Shown piece after piece: positions 28,146-36,346 of a DNA stretch of 64,000 bases. Every line of letters begins with the position of its first letter. The first letter of the stretch is position 1. The notes beneath the pieces are model-generated. The model was not told the DNA's origin, searched no databases, and saw only the letters and a list, made by a program, of their open reading frames with translations. The position numbers were made by a program, and so were the translations under genes. This DNA comes from a virus (taxonomy: Duplodnaviria; Heunggongvirae; Uroviricota; Caudoviricetes): IMG/VR virus record IMGVR_UViG_3300028610_001217; one strand, written 5' to 3'.

Positions 28146-28230
28146 TTGGTGGTGGCCGGATTCAAACCGACTTGTTGGCGTTTTCTGACGGACTTACACC
28201 GCTCCCATCCGAAGATAAGTCCCCAACCAG
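28146..28230 (-). ncRNA. tRNA-like 3' element (T-arm GTCGG-TTTGAAT-CCGGC plus CACCACCA 3' end) with unresolved 5' half
   Basis: Canonical T-arm and acceptor-like 3' strand are visible, but no complementary 5' acceptor strand (GGTGGTG) occurs within 300 nt. A 7-bp hairpin GGACTTA...TAAGTCC lies upstream. Confidence 0.25.
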
Positions 28231-28428
28231 TACCATGGTTTTCTCTGGCGGGCAGCATTTAAAGGTCTGCAAATTTAAGACTTTCGCCCTCGACTACCCG
28301 CTTCCCTCGCTACCTATGGGCGCATACTAACGGGCTTGTCGGCCAACTTATAACGTAGAACTTCAGCGTTTCTCACACGCCGCACTACCAATTACTTTAT
28401 ACCCCTATAACGGGAATATAAACCTAAG

Positions 28429-28502
28429 TCCGGATGGAAGGATTCGAACCTCCGTCTTCTCGGCCCCAAACCGAGCGCTCCACCAAACTGAGCTACATCC
28501 AG
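28429..28502 (-). tRNA. tRNA-Pro(TGG)
   Basis: Anticodon arm CTCGG-TTTGGGG-CCGAG; T-arm GGAGG-TTCGAAT-CCTTC. Confidence 0.7.
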
Positions 28503-28508
28503 ATAACG

Positions 28509-28593
28509 CGGAAAGAGCAGGATTCGAACCTACGGAGGATTTCTCCCCTCTGGTTTAGCAAACCAGCGCCTTAAACCTCTCAGCCATCTTTCC
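28509..28593 (-). tRNA. tRNA-Ser(GCT)
   Basis: Class II; anticodon arm CTGGT-TTGCTAA-ACCAG; long variable arm; G73. Confidence 0.7.
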
Positions 28594-28747
28594 AAACACT
28601 AAGCCCTTGGTTGCCTCGGGCAGGGAGCCTGAACTATACCCGAGACTTGAACACATCACATACCAGGGCGATATTCTATGAGCCGCTATTTCAGGAGCGC
28701 ACTCTAGCGTGATGCATTGACATAATACGGGCTTGTCGCCGCTATCG

Positions 28748-28819
28748 CACCATCCCCAGGACTCGAACCTGGAACCGTCACCTTAACAGGGTGCTGCTCT
28801 ACCATTGAGCTACGATGGT
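28748..28819 (-). tRNA. tRNA-Asn(GTT)
   Basis: Loop CTGTTAA; T-arm CCAGG-TTCGAGT-CCTGG. Confidence 0.6.
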
Positions 28820-28820
28820 C

Positions 28821-28896
28821 TGGGGTGACCGATGGGATTTGAACCCACATAACCGGGGGTCACGGCCCCGTTCCGTTACCTATTGGATACGGCCAC
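28821..28896 (-). tRNA. tRNA-His(GTG), CCA encoded
   Basis: Anticodon arm CGGGG-CCGTGAC-CCCCG; C73 followed by genomically encoded CCA. Position -1 is T, so no encoded G-1. Confidence 0.6.
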
Positions 28897-28898
28897 AG

Positions 28899-28991
28899 AG
28901 GAAGAAGTAGGATTCGAACCCACGGACCCGTATCGCTACGGACCAACGGTTTTCAAGACCGCCGCAATAATCCAGACTCTGCCATTCTTCC
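28899..28991 (-). tRNA. tRNA-Ser(TGA)
   Basis: Class II; anticodon arm GCGGT-CTTGAAA-ACCGT; 21-nt variable arm; acceptor GGAAGAA/TTCTTCC. Confidence 0.65.
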
Positions 28992-29041
28992 TAAAGGTCG
29001 GGAGAAGAAAGCGAGGTGAGTCCCAAAAAACTCCCGACCAG

Positions 29042-29113
29042 AGCGACTAGAGGGACTCGAACCCCCAAATAACAGCTTGGAAGGCTGCAGCACTACCATT
29101 GTGCGATAGTCGC
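29042..29113 (-). tRNA. tRNA-Gly(TCC)
   Basis: Loop CTTCCAA; acceptor GCGACTA/TAGTCGC; U73. Confidence 0.65.
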
Positions 29114-29199
29114 ATAAGAGGAACTGGGTCGGAACCCAAAGCGACCAAACTAGGAGTAAGTAAGAAGAGGTGAATCTATCTTTTTCCCAGTTCCTCTAG

Positions 29200-29270
29200 C
29201 ACGCCACCCAGGATTCGAACCCGGTCAAGACCGTTTTGGAGACGGTCTGGCACAGCCTACGCTGTAGCGC
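29200..29270 (-). tRNA. probable tRNA-Trp(CCA) with atypical D-arm
   Basis: Anticodon arm ACCGT-CTCCAAA-ACGGT closely resembles bacterial tRNA-Trp. T-arm CCGGG-TTCGAAT-CCTGG, G73. Acceptor pairs with two G-U wobbles; the D-arm does not fold canonically. Confidence 0.4.
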
Positions 29271-29334
29271 ATACGGCGAGAGGGGACTTTCCGGCGGAGA
29301 AGTATATGCTACTTTTACCCGGCCTCTCACCTTG

Positions 29335-29406
29335 TGGAACGTGAAGGAATCGAACCTCCGACCTACAAGTTATCAGCTTGCCGCTCTACCACTGAGCTAC
29401 CATTCC
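29335..29406 (-). tRNA. tRNA-Ile(GAT)
   Basis: Loop CTGATAA; D-arm GCTCAGTGGTAGAGC; T-arm GGAGG-TTCGATT-CCTTC. Confidence 0.65.
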
Positions 29407-29524
29407 TGGCGTCCCGCATGGGATACATCCACAAACACCTTATCGAACGTGTTGCACCTCGCCCAACCCACGGAGGCATGACGGGACTCCCCCCATCCGC
29501 ATGCATACGAAAGGGTTGAGCTTG

Positions 29525-29604
29525 TAGGAGCGGTAGGAGTTGAACCTACACAGCCGCAACGGGTGCTTTACAGGCACTTGGGTTCACCAATACCCAGCGC
29601 TCCT
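29525..29604 (-). tRNA. tRNA-Tyr(GTA)
   Basis: Class II; perfect acceptor AGGAGCG/CGCTCCT; loop CTGTAAA; 13-nt variable arm. Confidence 0.65.
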
Positions 29605-29702
29605 ATGTCGATAGATTAGCTAATCATCGTTAGCCTCACGACCCACGATCCCTCGTCCCACAACCTCACTAACCTATCTCGGGGGTCTTGCAGCCCCCCT
29701 TG

Positions 29703-29775
29703 TGGATGTAATAGGACTTGAACCTACAACCTTTGGCTTGCAAAGCCACTGCTCTCCCAATTGAGCTATACACCC
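29703..29775 (-). tRNA. tRNA-Ala(TGC)
   Basis: G3-U70 pair and A73 discriminator (Ala identity); loop TTTGCAA; T-arm GTAGG-TTCAAGT-CCTAT. Confidence 0.75.
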
Positions 29776-29784
29776 TTACTGATT

Positions 29785-30021
29785 TCATAATCGCCCACGT
29801 AATTCGTTCTTCCAATTGGTAAGTTCTTTTTCACGGCTAATGGCCAACCACTTCTGGTGTTCTTTGACTAGTTCGCCAATATATATGAAGCCACTTGCGA
29901 GGACGATTATCAGGCAACCTATTGCGCCAACAATACGCTCTCCTTGAAGGGCAGCCGCTAACGTCAACGCTGCTCCGCCACCTAAAAATAAACTTAAAGA
30001 GATTCTCAAAAGTATTAACAT
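29785..30021 (-). CDS. small membrane protein (two TM helices)
   Basis: 78 aa; hydrophobic segments ISLSLFLGGGAALTLAAAL and IGCLIIVLASGFIYI. Confidence 0.35.
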   Translation of the reverse strand: MLILLRISLSLFLGGGAALTLAAALQGERIVGAIGCLIIVLASGFIYIGELVKEHQKWLAISREKELTNWKNELRGRL

Positions 30022-30058
30022 AGGTAGTTCTTACCCCGCTATCCCCAATAATAAACCT

Positions 30059-30496
30059 TTATTCAATAATAACTTCAAGTTCCTTGATCCAATCGCCTTC
30101 AATATAGTATGCCCTTATATCGATATCAGATAAGGATACGATCACGTAAACGAGGCCAGCGTCAACTGCTTTAGCCGTATCTATCATTGAGGGGTAAGCT
30201 TCACTCATTGGGTGTGAGTGCCAACTAGCAATAAGCTCATTACCCTCTTCACGCATTTGCTTGATAACGTTAAACGCCTCAACCGGGTCAACTTCGTAAG
30301 TCATGTTACCCTTTTCCAGGTTCTTTGTAGGATATACTTTAGCGACCCTACGCCGTGACCCGCCTAGCATACCACAAGCCTCTCTAGGGAATACACGTAT
30401 CGCCTCCTCAAGCATGCTCATAGCTACTGCTTGCTTGATGTAGAGTTTATCTCTATTCTCGGTTATCAGCTTCATATTTGATGTGCTTCGTTTCAT
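30059..30496 (-). CDS. JAB/MPN (JAMM) metalloisopeptidase
   Basis: Upstream Glu (EACGML) followed by a perfect JAMM motif HSHPMSEAYPSMID (HxHx7Sx2D); 145 aa. Confidence 0.75.
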   Translation of the reverse strand: MKRSTSNMKLITENRDKLYIKQAVAMSMLEEAIRVFPREACGMLGGSRRRVAKVYPTKNLEKGNMTYEVDPVEAFNVIKQMREEGNELIASWHSHPMSEAYPSMIDTAKAVDAGLVYVIVSLSDIDIRAYYIEGDWIKELEVIIE

Positions 30497-30587
30497 TTGT
30501 TTTTATTTTAGATTTCTCAAAAACCATAAGCGCCACTATGACAATTAAGGCAAATACAAAGAAACCCATAACAAATCCGACTAGCAT

Positions 30588-30926
30588 CTAATCCCCCTCT
30601 ACATCTTCTAATGACCAAGTTTTGACTATTTTGTATACCCAGTAATTACTCCCCGCCCGGTCTGGCCACTCACAACCCTCTTTGCCACAAGTGCTACAAA
30701 CTTTTATTCTCTTATTCTTATAAACTCGACGCTTAACCGTCTTCTTGACGTTATCTACCTTGGCTAGTGCGGCATCAGTTTTTTTAATAGCCTTAGTCAC
30801 GTCTGGCACTGTAACCTTGGTCGTTGGCTTAACTACTTCCTCGCTAAGCCCGGTTGTCGCTATCTTCGGCTTTCTCTTTTGCGTTGCCCCCATTAATGCT
30901 GCTCCCCGCTTTTTTATATTGACCAT
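30588..30926 (-). CDS. basic zinc-ribbon protein
   Basis: 112 aa, Lys/Arg-rich N-terminus, CSTCGKEGCEW motif. Confidence 0.35.
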   Translation of the reverse strand: MVNIKKRGAALMGATQKRKPKIATTGLSEEVVKPTTKVTVPDVTKAIKKTDAALAKVDNVKKTVKRRVYKNKRIKVCSTCGKEGCEWPDRAGSNYWVYKIVKTWSLEDVEGD

Positions 30927-31016
30927 TTATCGCTGCCATTAACATCATAAATATACCCGTAGACAAAACAGCTAAACCAATTAATGCTGGTGTTTCGTTA
31001 AACATGCCTCACCTCC

Positions 31017-31232
31017 TCATGCTACTTTACCTGCGCAACGTTCGCGACGTTCACACTTAGAACATGATGCTTTCGTCCTGCACTCAGAAACGTCCAAGTC
31101 GAAGTGTTTGACGATGCCCTCAAGTTGAACCGCAAATATAGGGTCTCGTAGCGTTTCAATGTGAGCTAAATAACGCTTTAATCTATCATCACGTGCAATA
31201 AGCTCGTATGTTCTACCTAATTGACTATTCAT
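31017..31232 (-). CDS. hypothetical protein
   Basis: 71 aa; C-terminal Cys cluster CRTKASCSKCERRERC. Confidence 0.3.
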   Translation of the reverse strand: MNSQLGRTYELIARDDRLKRYLAHIETLRDPIFAVQLEGIVKHFDLDVSECRTKASCSKCERRERCAGKVA

Positions 31233-31486
31233 ATAGCCTCAGCCTCGCCTACCGTCCACTCAGCGCTACCTATAAGCTCCATTTCTTCCCATTTTGCTCG
31301 ATAATATGCTATGCCACCTGGTTGACTGCTAGTTCCTATGTCTTGAACATACCCTTGAGCGCCCCACGGTTTAGGATCAGTTATCACCATGAAGCAAGCT
31401 GAGAAAGCTAAATTCTCAACCTTATTAGGGTTAAGCTGGACAACGTCCCCTCTTCTTAATGCTGTCATTCTCATAGAGCTACCCAC
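31229..31486 (-). CDS. hypothetical protein
   Basis: 85-aa ORF abutting tRNA-Thr. Confidence 0.3.
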   Translation of the reverse strand: MGSSMRMTALRRGDVVQLNPNKVENLAFSACFMVITDPKPWGAQGYVQDIGTSSQPGGIAYYRAKWEEMELIGSAEWTVGEAEAI

Positions 31487-31551
31487 AGGACTCGAACCTG
31501 TAACCTGCTGCTTACAAGGCAGCTGCTCTAGCCAAATTGAGCTACGGTAGC
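31477..31551 (-). tRNA. tRNA-Thr(TGT)
   Basis: Anticodon arm GCTGC-CTTGTAA-GCAGC; T-arm ACAGG-TTCGAGT-CCTGT. Confidence 0.65.
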
Positions 31552-31732
31552 AAAGGGACTGTTTTTATAGAGCTGTCCTTACTCGCTCTCCCGAATGGGT
31601 TCCCAGTTTCGGCTCGCTGGTTACTAACGCTCACTGCTTGCGCTTTCCCTCCAGTCTGCCAAGGTCTGGGCAACCATCGGCTCCTGCATTATTGGCCTTG
31701 TTCAGCCTCATCAGTTTGCAGCTGAGCCGTTG

Positions 31733-31805
31733 CTGCGAAGGCTGGAATCGAACCAGCGTCACAAGGCTCTTCAAGCCCCTGCTCTACCGCTAGAGCTACT
31801 TCGCA
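31733..31805 (-). tRNA. tRNA-Phe(GAA)
   Basis: Perfect acceptor TGCGAAG/CTTCGCA; loop TTGAAGA; T-arm GCTGG-TTCGATT-CCAGC. Confidence 0.65.
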
Positions 31806-31914
31806 TTAAAATCCTAGCTACCTGGCTCTTTCCTTCTCAAGTTGTAGCATGCCTGAGCCATACCATCCCCCATTACTGCGCTTAGCCTTCACGCTCACGC
31901 CTCACTAGAATTCG

Positions 31915-31981
31915 TGGCACCGACGGGAACTGAACCCGCTCCTTAAAATCGACAGTTTCACCTCAACTGACAAGCGATGCC
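31915..31981 (-). ncRNA. short (67 nt) D-arm-less tRNA-like element
   Basis: Perfect acceptor GGCATCG/CGGTGCC plus T-arm GCGGG-TTCAGTT-CCCGT. An internal hairpin CAGTT-GAGGTGA-AACTG lacks U33. No D-arm can be formed. Confidence 0.3.
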
Positions 31982-32219
31982 TACCTCGTACTTTCCTATT
32001 TTAATTCGTATAAAGTGTGTTATTCCCTAGTTACCTAGAAAACGTCCACCCCCTCCTGTAAGCTCTTCAGCCAATTGGGGATATTAAGACCTGATTACCC
32101 AATAGCTATATTCACCGCATGGACGGCTCAGCTACCCCATGCTCTCTGGCGACTGAGGCCATCAGTCGCTCCCTAACAGCTACTCGTCCATACCTTTTCA
32201 CTGTTCCTCACCAGGTCAG

Positions 32220-32298
32220 TGGAGATAGCGGGATTCGAACCCACGTCCGGACGCTGCCATTGTTGGCCTTAACTCCCGTCGATACCAAATCTATCCCC
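32220..32298 (-). ncRNA. tRNA-like element with G3-U70 acceptor, anticodon unresolved
   Basis: T-arm GTGGG-TTCGAAT-CCCGC; acceptor GGGGATA/TATCTCC (G-U at 3:70). The central 45 nt do not give a canonical D/anticodon fold by hand. Confidence 0.3.
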
Positions 32299-32547
32299 GA
32301 GCGAGAGCGGCGGCGATGGTTGTCCCGTCCAGCAGGAGAAGAAGCAAAGCAATTTTTGAATTTCCCGCCGCTCTCAGTCAGCCCCGAATCAGTCTGCCCC
32401 CAACACCAATCGGTTACATTTGCCTTTCCGGTGGCTATTTAATTTATACCCGAACGAATCAATCCTAAACCTAATTCGTAGAATTTGTTTATCACCCCGG
32501 CTGTTGTGGGCAAGTAACCAAAATGCTAGGTAGCAAAACCTTTAACG

Positions 32548-32565
32548 AGCACCCGCCAGGGTGCT
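32548..32565 (-). terminator. possible weak terminator hairpin downstream of ORF 32605..33033
   Basis: AGCACCC-GCCA-GGGTGCT 7-bp GC stem. On the minus strand a TTTT run follows after 9 nt. Confidence 0.25.
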
Positions 32566-32604
32566 ATGTGTTTACATTACAATTAACTTACGCCGGGGTG
32601 AAGC

Positions 32605-33033
32605 TTAATCTGTTTTCTTATTTATCTTAAAAACCGCAGTGCCGCAAATCGCGCAAACACCCCTTGTTGCGTTACGCCCGTTCTTCATAACCACGTCCTC
32701 GGGATCCTGAATCTCACGCTTTTCCTTACACTTCATACAATATGCTTCAGCCATATTCCCACCCCCTAGTAATAAACCTTCAACCATTTCAAAAGCTTCA
32801 TCTATCGTTATGGCTTGACTTTGCTCGGTCATTATTGCTGGCTCAAAGAATTTAGCTACTTCTTCAGCTTCCCGCTCAGCCCTATCTAGTTCACCCTGAG
32901 TCCAATGCCATTCCTTTTTATTGGGGTGACAACATTTAGTGTGGCAAATGTCACAATTGATATCACTACCGCGCTCACATTCCTTAGCGCCGCATATCGG
33001 GCAACCGTCGTCATGGTTGTATGAGTTAGGCAT
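32605..33033 (-). CDS. multi-zinc-ribbon protein
   Basis: 142 aa with CPICGAKEC...CDICHTKCC and CMKCKEK...CAICG Cys clusters. Confidence 0.4.
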   Translation of the reverse strand: MPNSYNHDDGCPICGAKECERGSDINCDICHTKCCHPNKKEWHWTQGELDRAEREAEEVAKFFEPAIMTEQSQAITIDEAFEMVEGLLLGGGNMAEAYCMKCKEKREIQDPEDVVMKNGRNATRGVCAICGTAVFKINKKTD

Positions 33034-33337
33034 TAAAGCTATTAACCCAATCCCAAAAACTCTTCTTCGGTTTCTTTGGTTCCGGCGATTTTGTTATTTT
33101 ATATCGTCTTCTATTTTTGAAATGGCCGCAATCACCATTTTTATTGAGTGTTTCTTCTTGACTAGGCTCTCCAGAATAATGATAATCTAAGCCCCGATAG
33201 GCAAAAGTATAGAGTTTTTCGACATCCCCATCAAACCTTACGTTGGCAACTTCTTGGTCACTCATTTCACTATAATTTAACATGCAACCCTTGATATCCA
33301 TGTGATCACAGTTGCCACACATAACCTTATCAGGCAT
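33026..33337 (-). CDS. small Cys-rich protein, paralog family A
   Basis: 103 aa. Shares M..QEVA.V.FDGD.EK..T..Y.GL.Y...G......Q..NG.G.CGH with 34289..34561. Confidence 0.4.
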   Translation of the reverse strand: MPDKVMCGNCDHMDIKGCMLNYSEMSDQEVANVRFDGDVEKLYTFAYRGLDYHYSGEPSQEETLNKNGDCGHFKNRRRYKITKSPEPKKPKKSFWDWVNSFNA

Positions 33338-33951
33338 TTATTTCCCCCATCATTTCCCGGCTTACCGGGCCAGCTCCTTCGGAGAGTCAAAAGACATCTT
33401 CGACTCATACCACTCTAAAAGTCGCTTCGTCGACCCCTTAGTCGGTTCCCGAGGATTTATGTATCGTTTGTTATATGGTGGTTTCCCTGAATATACTCTT
33501 GTTAACTTTAGCCGCATGCTCAAATTGCGCCCACCCAAGATAAATATACGCCTAAGGTTATAACGCCGAGGGAGAACCCGAAGAGAAATACCTTAATGAA
33601 GCTCACCCGGCCAGCTCCTTTTTTAGTTGGAAGTCAGATTTACAGTTCAGCTTAAACAGGTTGATGCTTCCTGCTTGATACTCACCATATATAAAATGCT
33701 GTTTCAAACACTTTTGTTGATCAGGATGTGTTGCGCTCCATATCCCTTGCCTATACTCACACACCCAGCAACAGTTTATTACTACCGAAGTATCGGCTAA
33801 ACCTGGCGGGATAGGATTAAGTGGCCCCCTGGCTGCCCCAACTAACCTCTCTTTTCGTTCCTCTGCCTTCTTCCCGGTGCCGTTGCAGGCGGAGCAAACA
33901 GTATCTACTATCTTCCGACCGCTTCCATTACAGGCAGAGCAAATATTTAAT

Positions 33952-34170
33952 TTAATTGGCAGGCCACCGCCTCGTTAGTTTTTGGCCAATTCCCTCTAAG
34001 ATCCCATTCATACACTTATCGCAAATATCTTGCTTTTTCCAATTTCGCATATCTGCGCCCGGTAAATCCATAATATGAAACCATTTTATAAGTCGCCATT
34101 TACGCCTTAACTTAAATGTCACTATTTGACCGGAATCGCCACATATATCGCATACTCGTTGCCTAGCCAT
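33952..34170 (-). CDS. hypothetical Cys-containing protein
   Basis: 72 aa; CDICGDS...CDKC. Confidence 0.3.
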   Translation of the reverse strand: MARQRVCDICGDSGQIVTFKLRRKWRLIKWFHIMDLPGADMRNWKKQDICDKCMNGILEGIGQKLTRRWPAN

Positions 34171-34288
34171 TAATCACTAAAGAAACCAATTATAACCGCT
34201 ATGACAATTAACCAACCCCACCAAGGAAGGCCAATATTAATATTGGTGTTAGTCACTGTTTCAGTGGCTTCTACTAACCAGGCGTCTG

Positions 34289-34561
34289 CTAAGTACATGT
34301 AAGCACCTTCCACCAAGGACGTTGGTAGTGTCCGCATCGACCTGTGCCATTAAGCGCTTGTGCTTGCGCGGGGTCAGAGCCTGTATTGTAATAAGCTAAA
34401 CCCCCATAAGTATAAGTGCGAACTTTTTCAAGGTCTCCATCAAACACTACGTCAGCCACTTCTTGATTAGTCATCTTAGCGAAATGTAAATGGCAACCAT
34501 CCGGCCTAGCCCACTTACAACCCCCGCATATGACTTCTCCAGTCGGTACTGGCTTACTCAT
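34289..34561 (-). CDS. small Cys-rich protein, paralog family A
   Basis: 90 aa; paralog of 33026..33337. Confidence 0.4.
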   Translation of the reverse strand: MSKPVPTGEVICGGCKWARPDGCHLHFAKMTNQEVADVVFDGDLEKVRTYTYGGLAYYNTGSDPAQAQALNGTGRCGHYQRPWWKVLTCT

Positions 34562-34824
34562 TCTTCATCCAAGTATTTTAGGAAGTCTTCTTTACTGTAG
34601 AACGTATGCTTCTTATCATTAGTTTTCGTGATGATAAATAGAATAAGCATAACCACTATTAAGCCATTAAGAAATTTTGAGCCCACAAATAGTTCGTTCA
34701 AGGTGATGCTTGCGCCCATGATTATAAACGTAGCTAAGTCAGCAAGCACTGATTGCAAAAAGTTTTCTCGGAAGTAGATTATTTTTACTTTATCACTCAT
34801 ATAATATCTATACCCCAACCCCAA
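34558..34824 (-). CDS. small membrane protein
   Basis: 88 aa with two hydrophobic helices. Confidence 0.3.
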   Translation of the reverse strand: MGLGYRYYMSDKVKIIYFRENFLQSVLADLATFIIMGASITLNELFVGSKFLNGLIVVMLILFIITKTNDKKHTFYSKEDFLKYLDEE

Positions 34825-34828
34825 AAGC

Positions 34829-35254
34829 TTAAACGTACTTAGCGCAACTTATCCCGTATTCGTCCATAAGCCATTGACGGTGTTTCTTGAATATGGAAAG
34901 TTCACCTTCTTCGCCCGGTTGCCGATTATAAAGATTCTGTATTGCGCACTCAGACTTCATCATACTAACTAAATTACCCTCTACCCAATAGTAGTAATCG
35001 CCTGAACCCATATCTACTTGCATAGTAGCCAACCATGGACCGCAGTGAGTTTTGTAGTATTGAGCGTCTTTGGGCTTAGGCTCGTAAGGCTCTAATCGCA
35101 ACCATTCCCCATCAACATAAATCTCCGCATCAATATTCAAGAAATTATTATTTGGATTACGATAGGCCATTCTTATTTCGCCCACATTAGCATTAGCCAT
35201 GAGTTTTAAGGGTAGGTAAACACCCCAACAGCTTGAGTATAACCTTATTCGCAC
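34829..35254 (-). CDS. hypothetical protein
   Basis: 141-aa ORF. Confidence 0.35.
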   Translation of the reverse strand: MRIRLYSSCWGVYLPLKLMANANVGEIRMAYRNPNNNFLNIDAEIYVDGEWLRLEPYEPKPKDAQYYKTHCGPWLATMQVDMGSGDYYYWVEGNLVSMMKSECAIQNLYNRQPGEEGELSIFKKHRQWLMDEYGISCAKYV

Positions 35255-35269
35255 ATAAAGGTAAAATAT

Positions 35270-35758
35270 TTATTTCCTTTTTAATGTACATCCCCTTACG
35301 GTGTTATGGCCGCATACTCTATCTATCGTATGGCAATCGTCCGGAGGGGTGCAGCCTAATACTTGTATTTGCCGGTCTATAAGCCAGCCATTTATATCGT
35401 CAGCTATCTCCGTCAGCTTCTTATCTAGTTTGCGTAAATTCTTTTGGTCATCGTTTTCTTCGAAGTATTCATAAAGCCCCTGCCAATATATAGGGGCATC
35501 AGGAAAATCATTACCATACTCAGCAATCAAGGCTAATGCCTTATCGTAAAACATATCTAGCCTAGCGACTGCATCAGGATCATGATTAGTCTTAGAGCTA
35601 TCCTGCTTTACCTTAGCGCTGAATAGCTTTTCACCTTTCGGCTTAGACCAACCGTGGGCTGCTACGTGTTCTAAGGCTTTCTGAGAGTCAATAAGCTTTT
35701 CTAGGCCGGTACGTTCCGGCTCAGTGGAATCGGGCAGCACCTGTACTCCCCCCTTCAA
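35270..35758 (-). CDS. hypothetical protein
   Basis: 162-aa ORF. Confidence 0.35.
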   Translation of the reverse strand: MKGGVQVLPDSTEPERTGLEKLIDSQKALEHVAAHGWSKPKGEKLFSAKVKQDSSKTNHDPDAVARLDMFYDKALALIAEYGNDFPDAPIYWQGLYEYFEENDDQKNLRKLDKKLTEIADDINGWLIDRQIQVLGCTPPDDCHTIDRVCGHNTVRGCTLKRK

Positions 35759-36068
35759 CCTCTTTCATATCAAGGGTTATAACCATCTCAATGCGATTAG
35801 GGATCTTACCCTCTTTTACCGTCTTGCCCACCTCTTTGTAGGCTTGAGCGAATGCAGCCATAAACGGTTCTTTTAAATGCTCAACTAAGGGCTCTTGCGA
35901 CTCCTCGGGAACGCTTATACGTTCATCCCCGGATAGCTTCATTTCCGTGCTTATGCTTACGCCTGTCCAAGCTTTTCTTGTATCGTCCATTAAATGCACC
36001 CTCCCTTCCGTAGTTCTATCCATAGTTTGGCTACTGCTTCCGTTGGGGTGTTGCCCCATCCTCGCCAT
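35721..36068 (-). CDS. hypothetical protein
   Basis: 115-aa ORF; the real start may be an internal Met. Confidence 0.3.
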   Translation of the reverse strand: MARMGQHPNGSSSQTMDRTTEGRVHLMDDTRKAWTGVSISTEMKLSGDERISVPEESQEPLVEHLKEPFMAAFAQAYKEVGKTVKEGKIPNRIEMVITLDMKEVEGGSTGAARFH

Positions 36069-36346
36069 TTTCCTTTCGGTAATTTAGCGGTTTCTTCGGT
36101 AGTCGTCCATGCTTGAAATAAGCCTTCAAGCCTATCATCATACCTCAATAGCCTCTCAAACTTATCCCCAAGTTCCTCAATGAGTTCTTCTAAAGATGGC
36201 GCTGCTATCCAATCGGTATATTCACAAGCCTCATAATACCCTTCTGGAACCTCGGCCCATACTTCGCCATCAACAAAATACCAATTCTTTTCTGTTTCCT
36301 GCGGGTACCCCAATTCCTTTAACTCTTGGACTAATTCAAGCTTCAT
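35990..36346 (-). CDS. hypothetical protein, paralog family C (with 45658..46056)
   Basis: Both start MKLEL...LKE.GY and share an acidic helical architecture. Confidence 0.35.
   Translation of the reverse strand: MKLELVQELKELGYPQETEKNWYFVDGEVWAEVPEGYYEACEYTDWIAAPSLEELIEELGDKFERLLRYDDRLEGLFQAWTTTEETAKLPKGKWRGWGNTPTEAVAKLWIELRKGGCI

Noticed and set aside
28146-28430. tmRNA (ssrA) interpretation of the orphan T-arm/ACCA element
   Set aside because: A tmRNA needs a 5' strand complementary to the CACCACC acceptor half and a tag-peptide reading frame. Neither GGTGGTG nor an Ala-first short ORF is visible in the 285 nt available. Kept only as an unresolved tRNA-like element.
25692-32600. CRISPR array or integrase/attachment site in the tRNA region
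   Set aside because: No regularly spaced direct repeats and no tyrosine/serine recombinase motifs anywhere in the window. The only exact repeat is the 72-nt duplication inside the two endonuclease genes.
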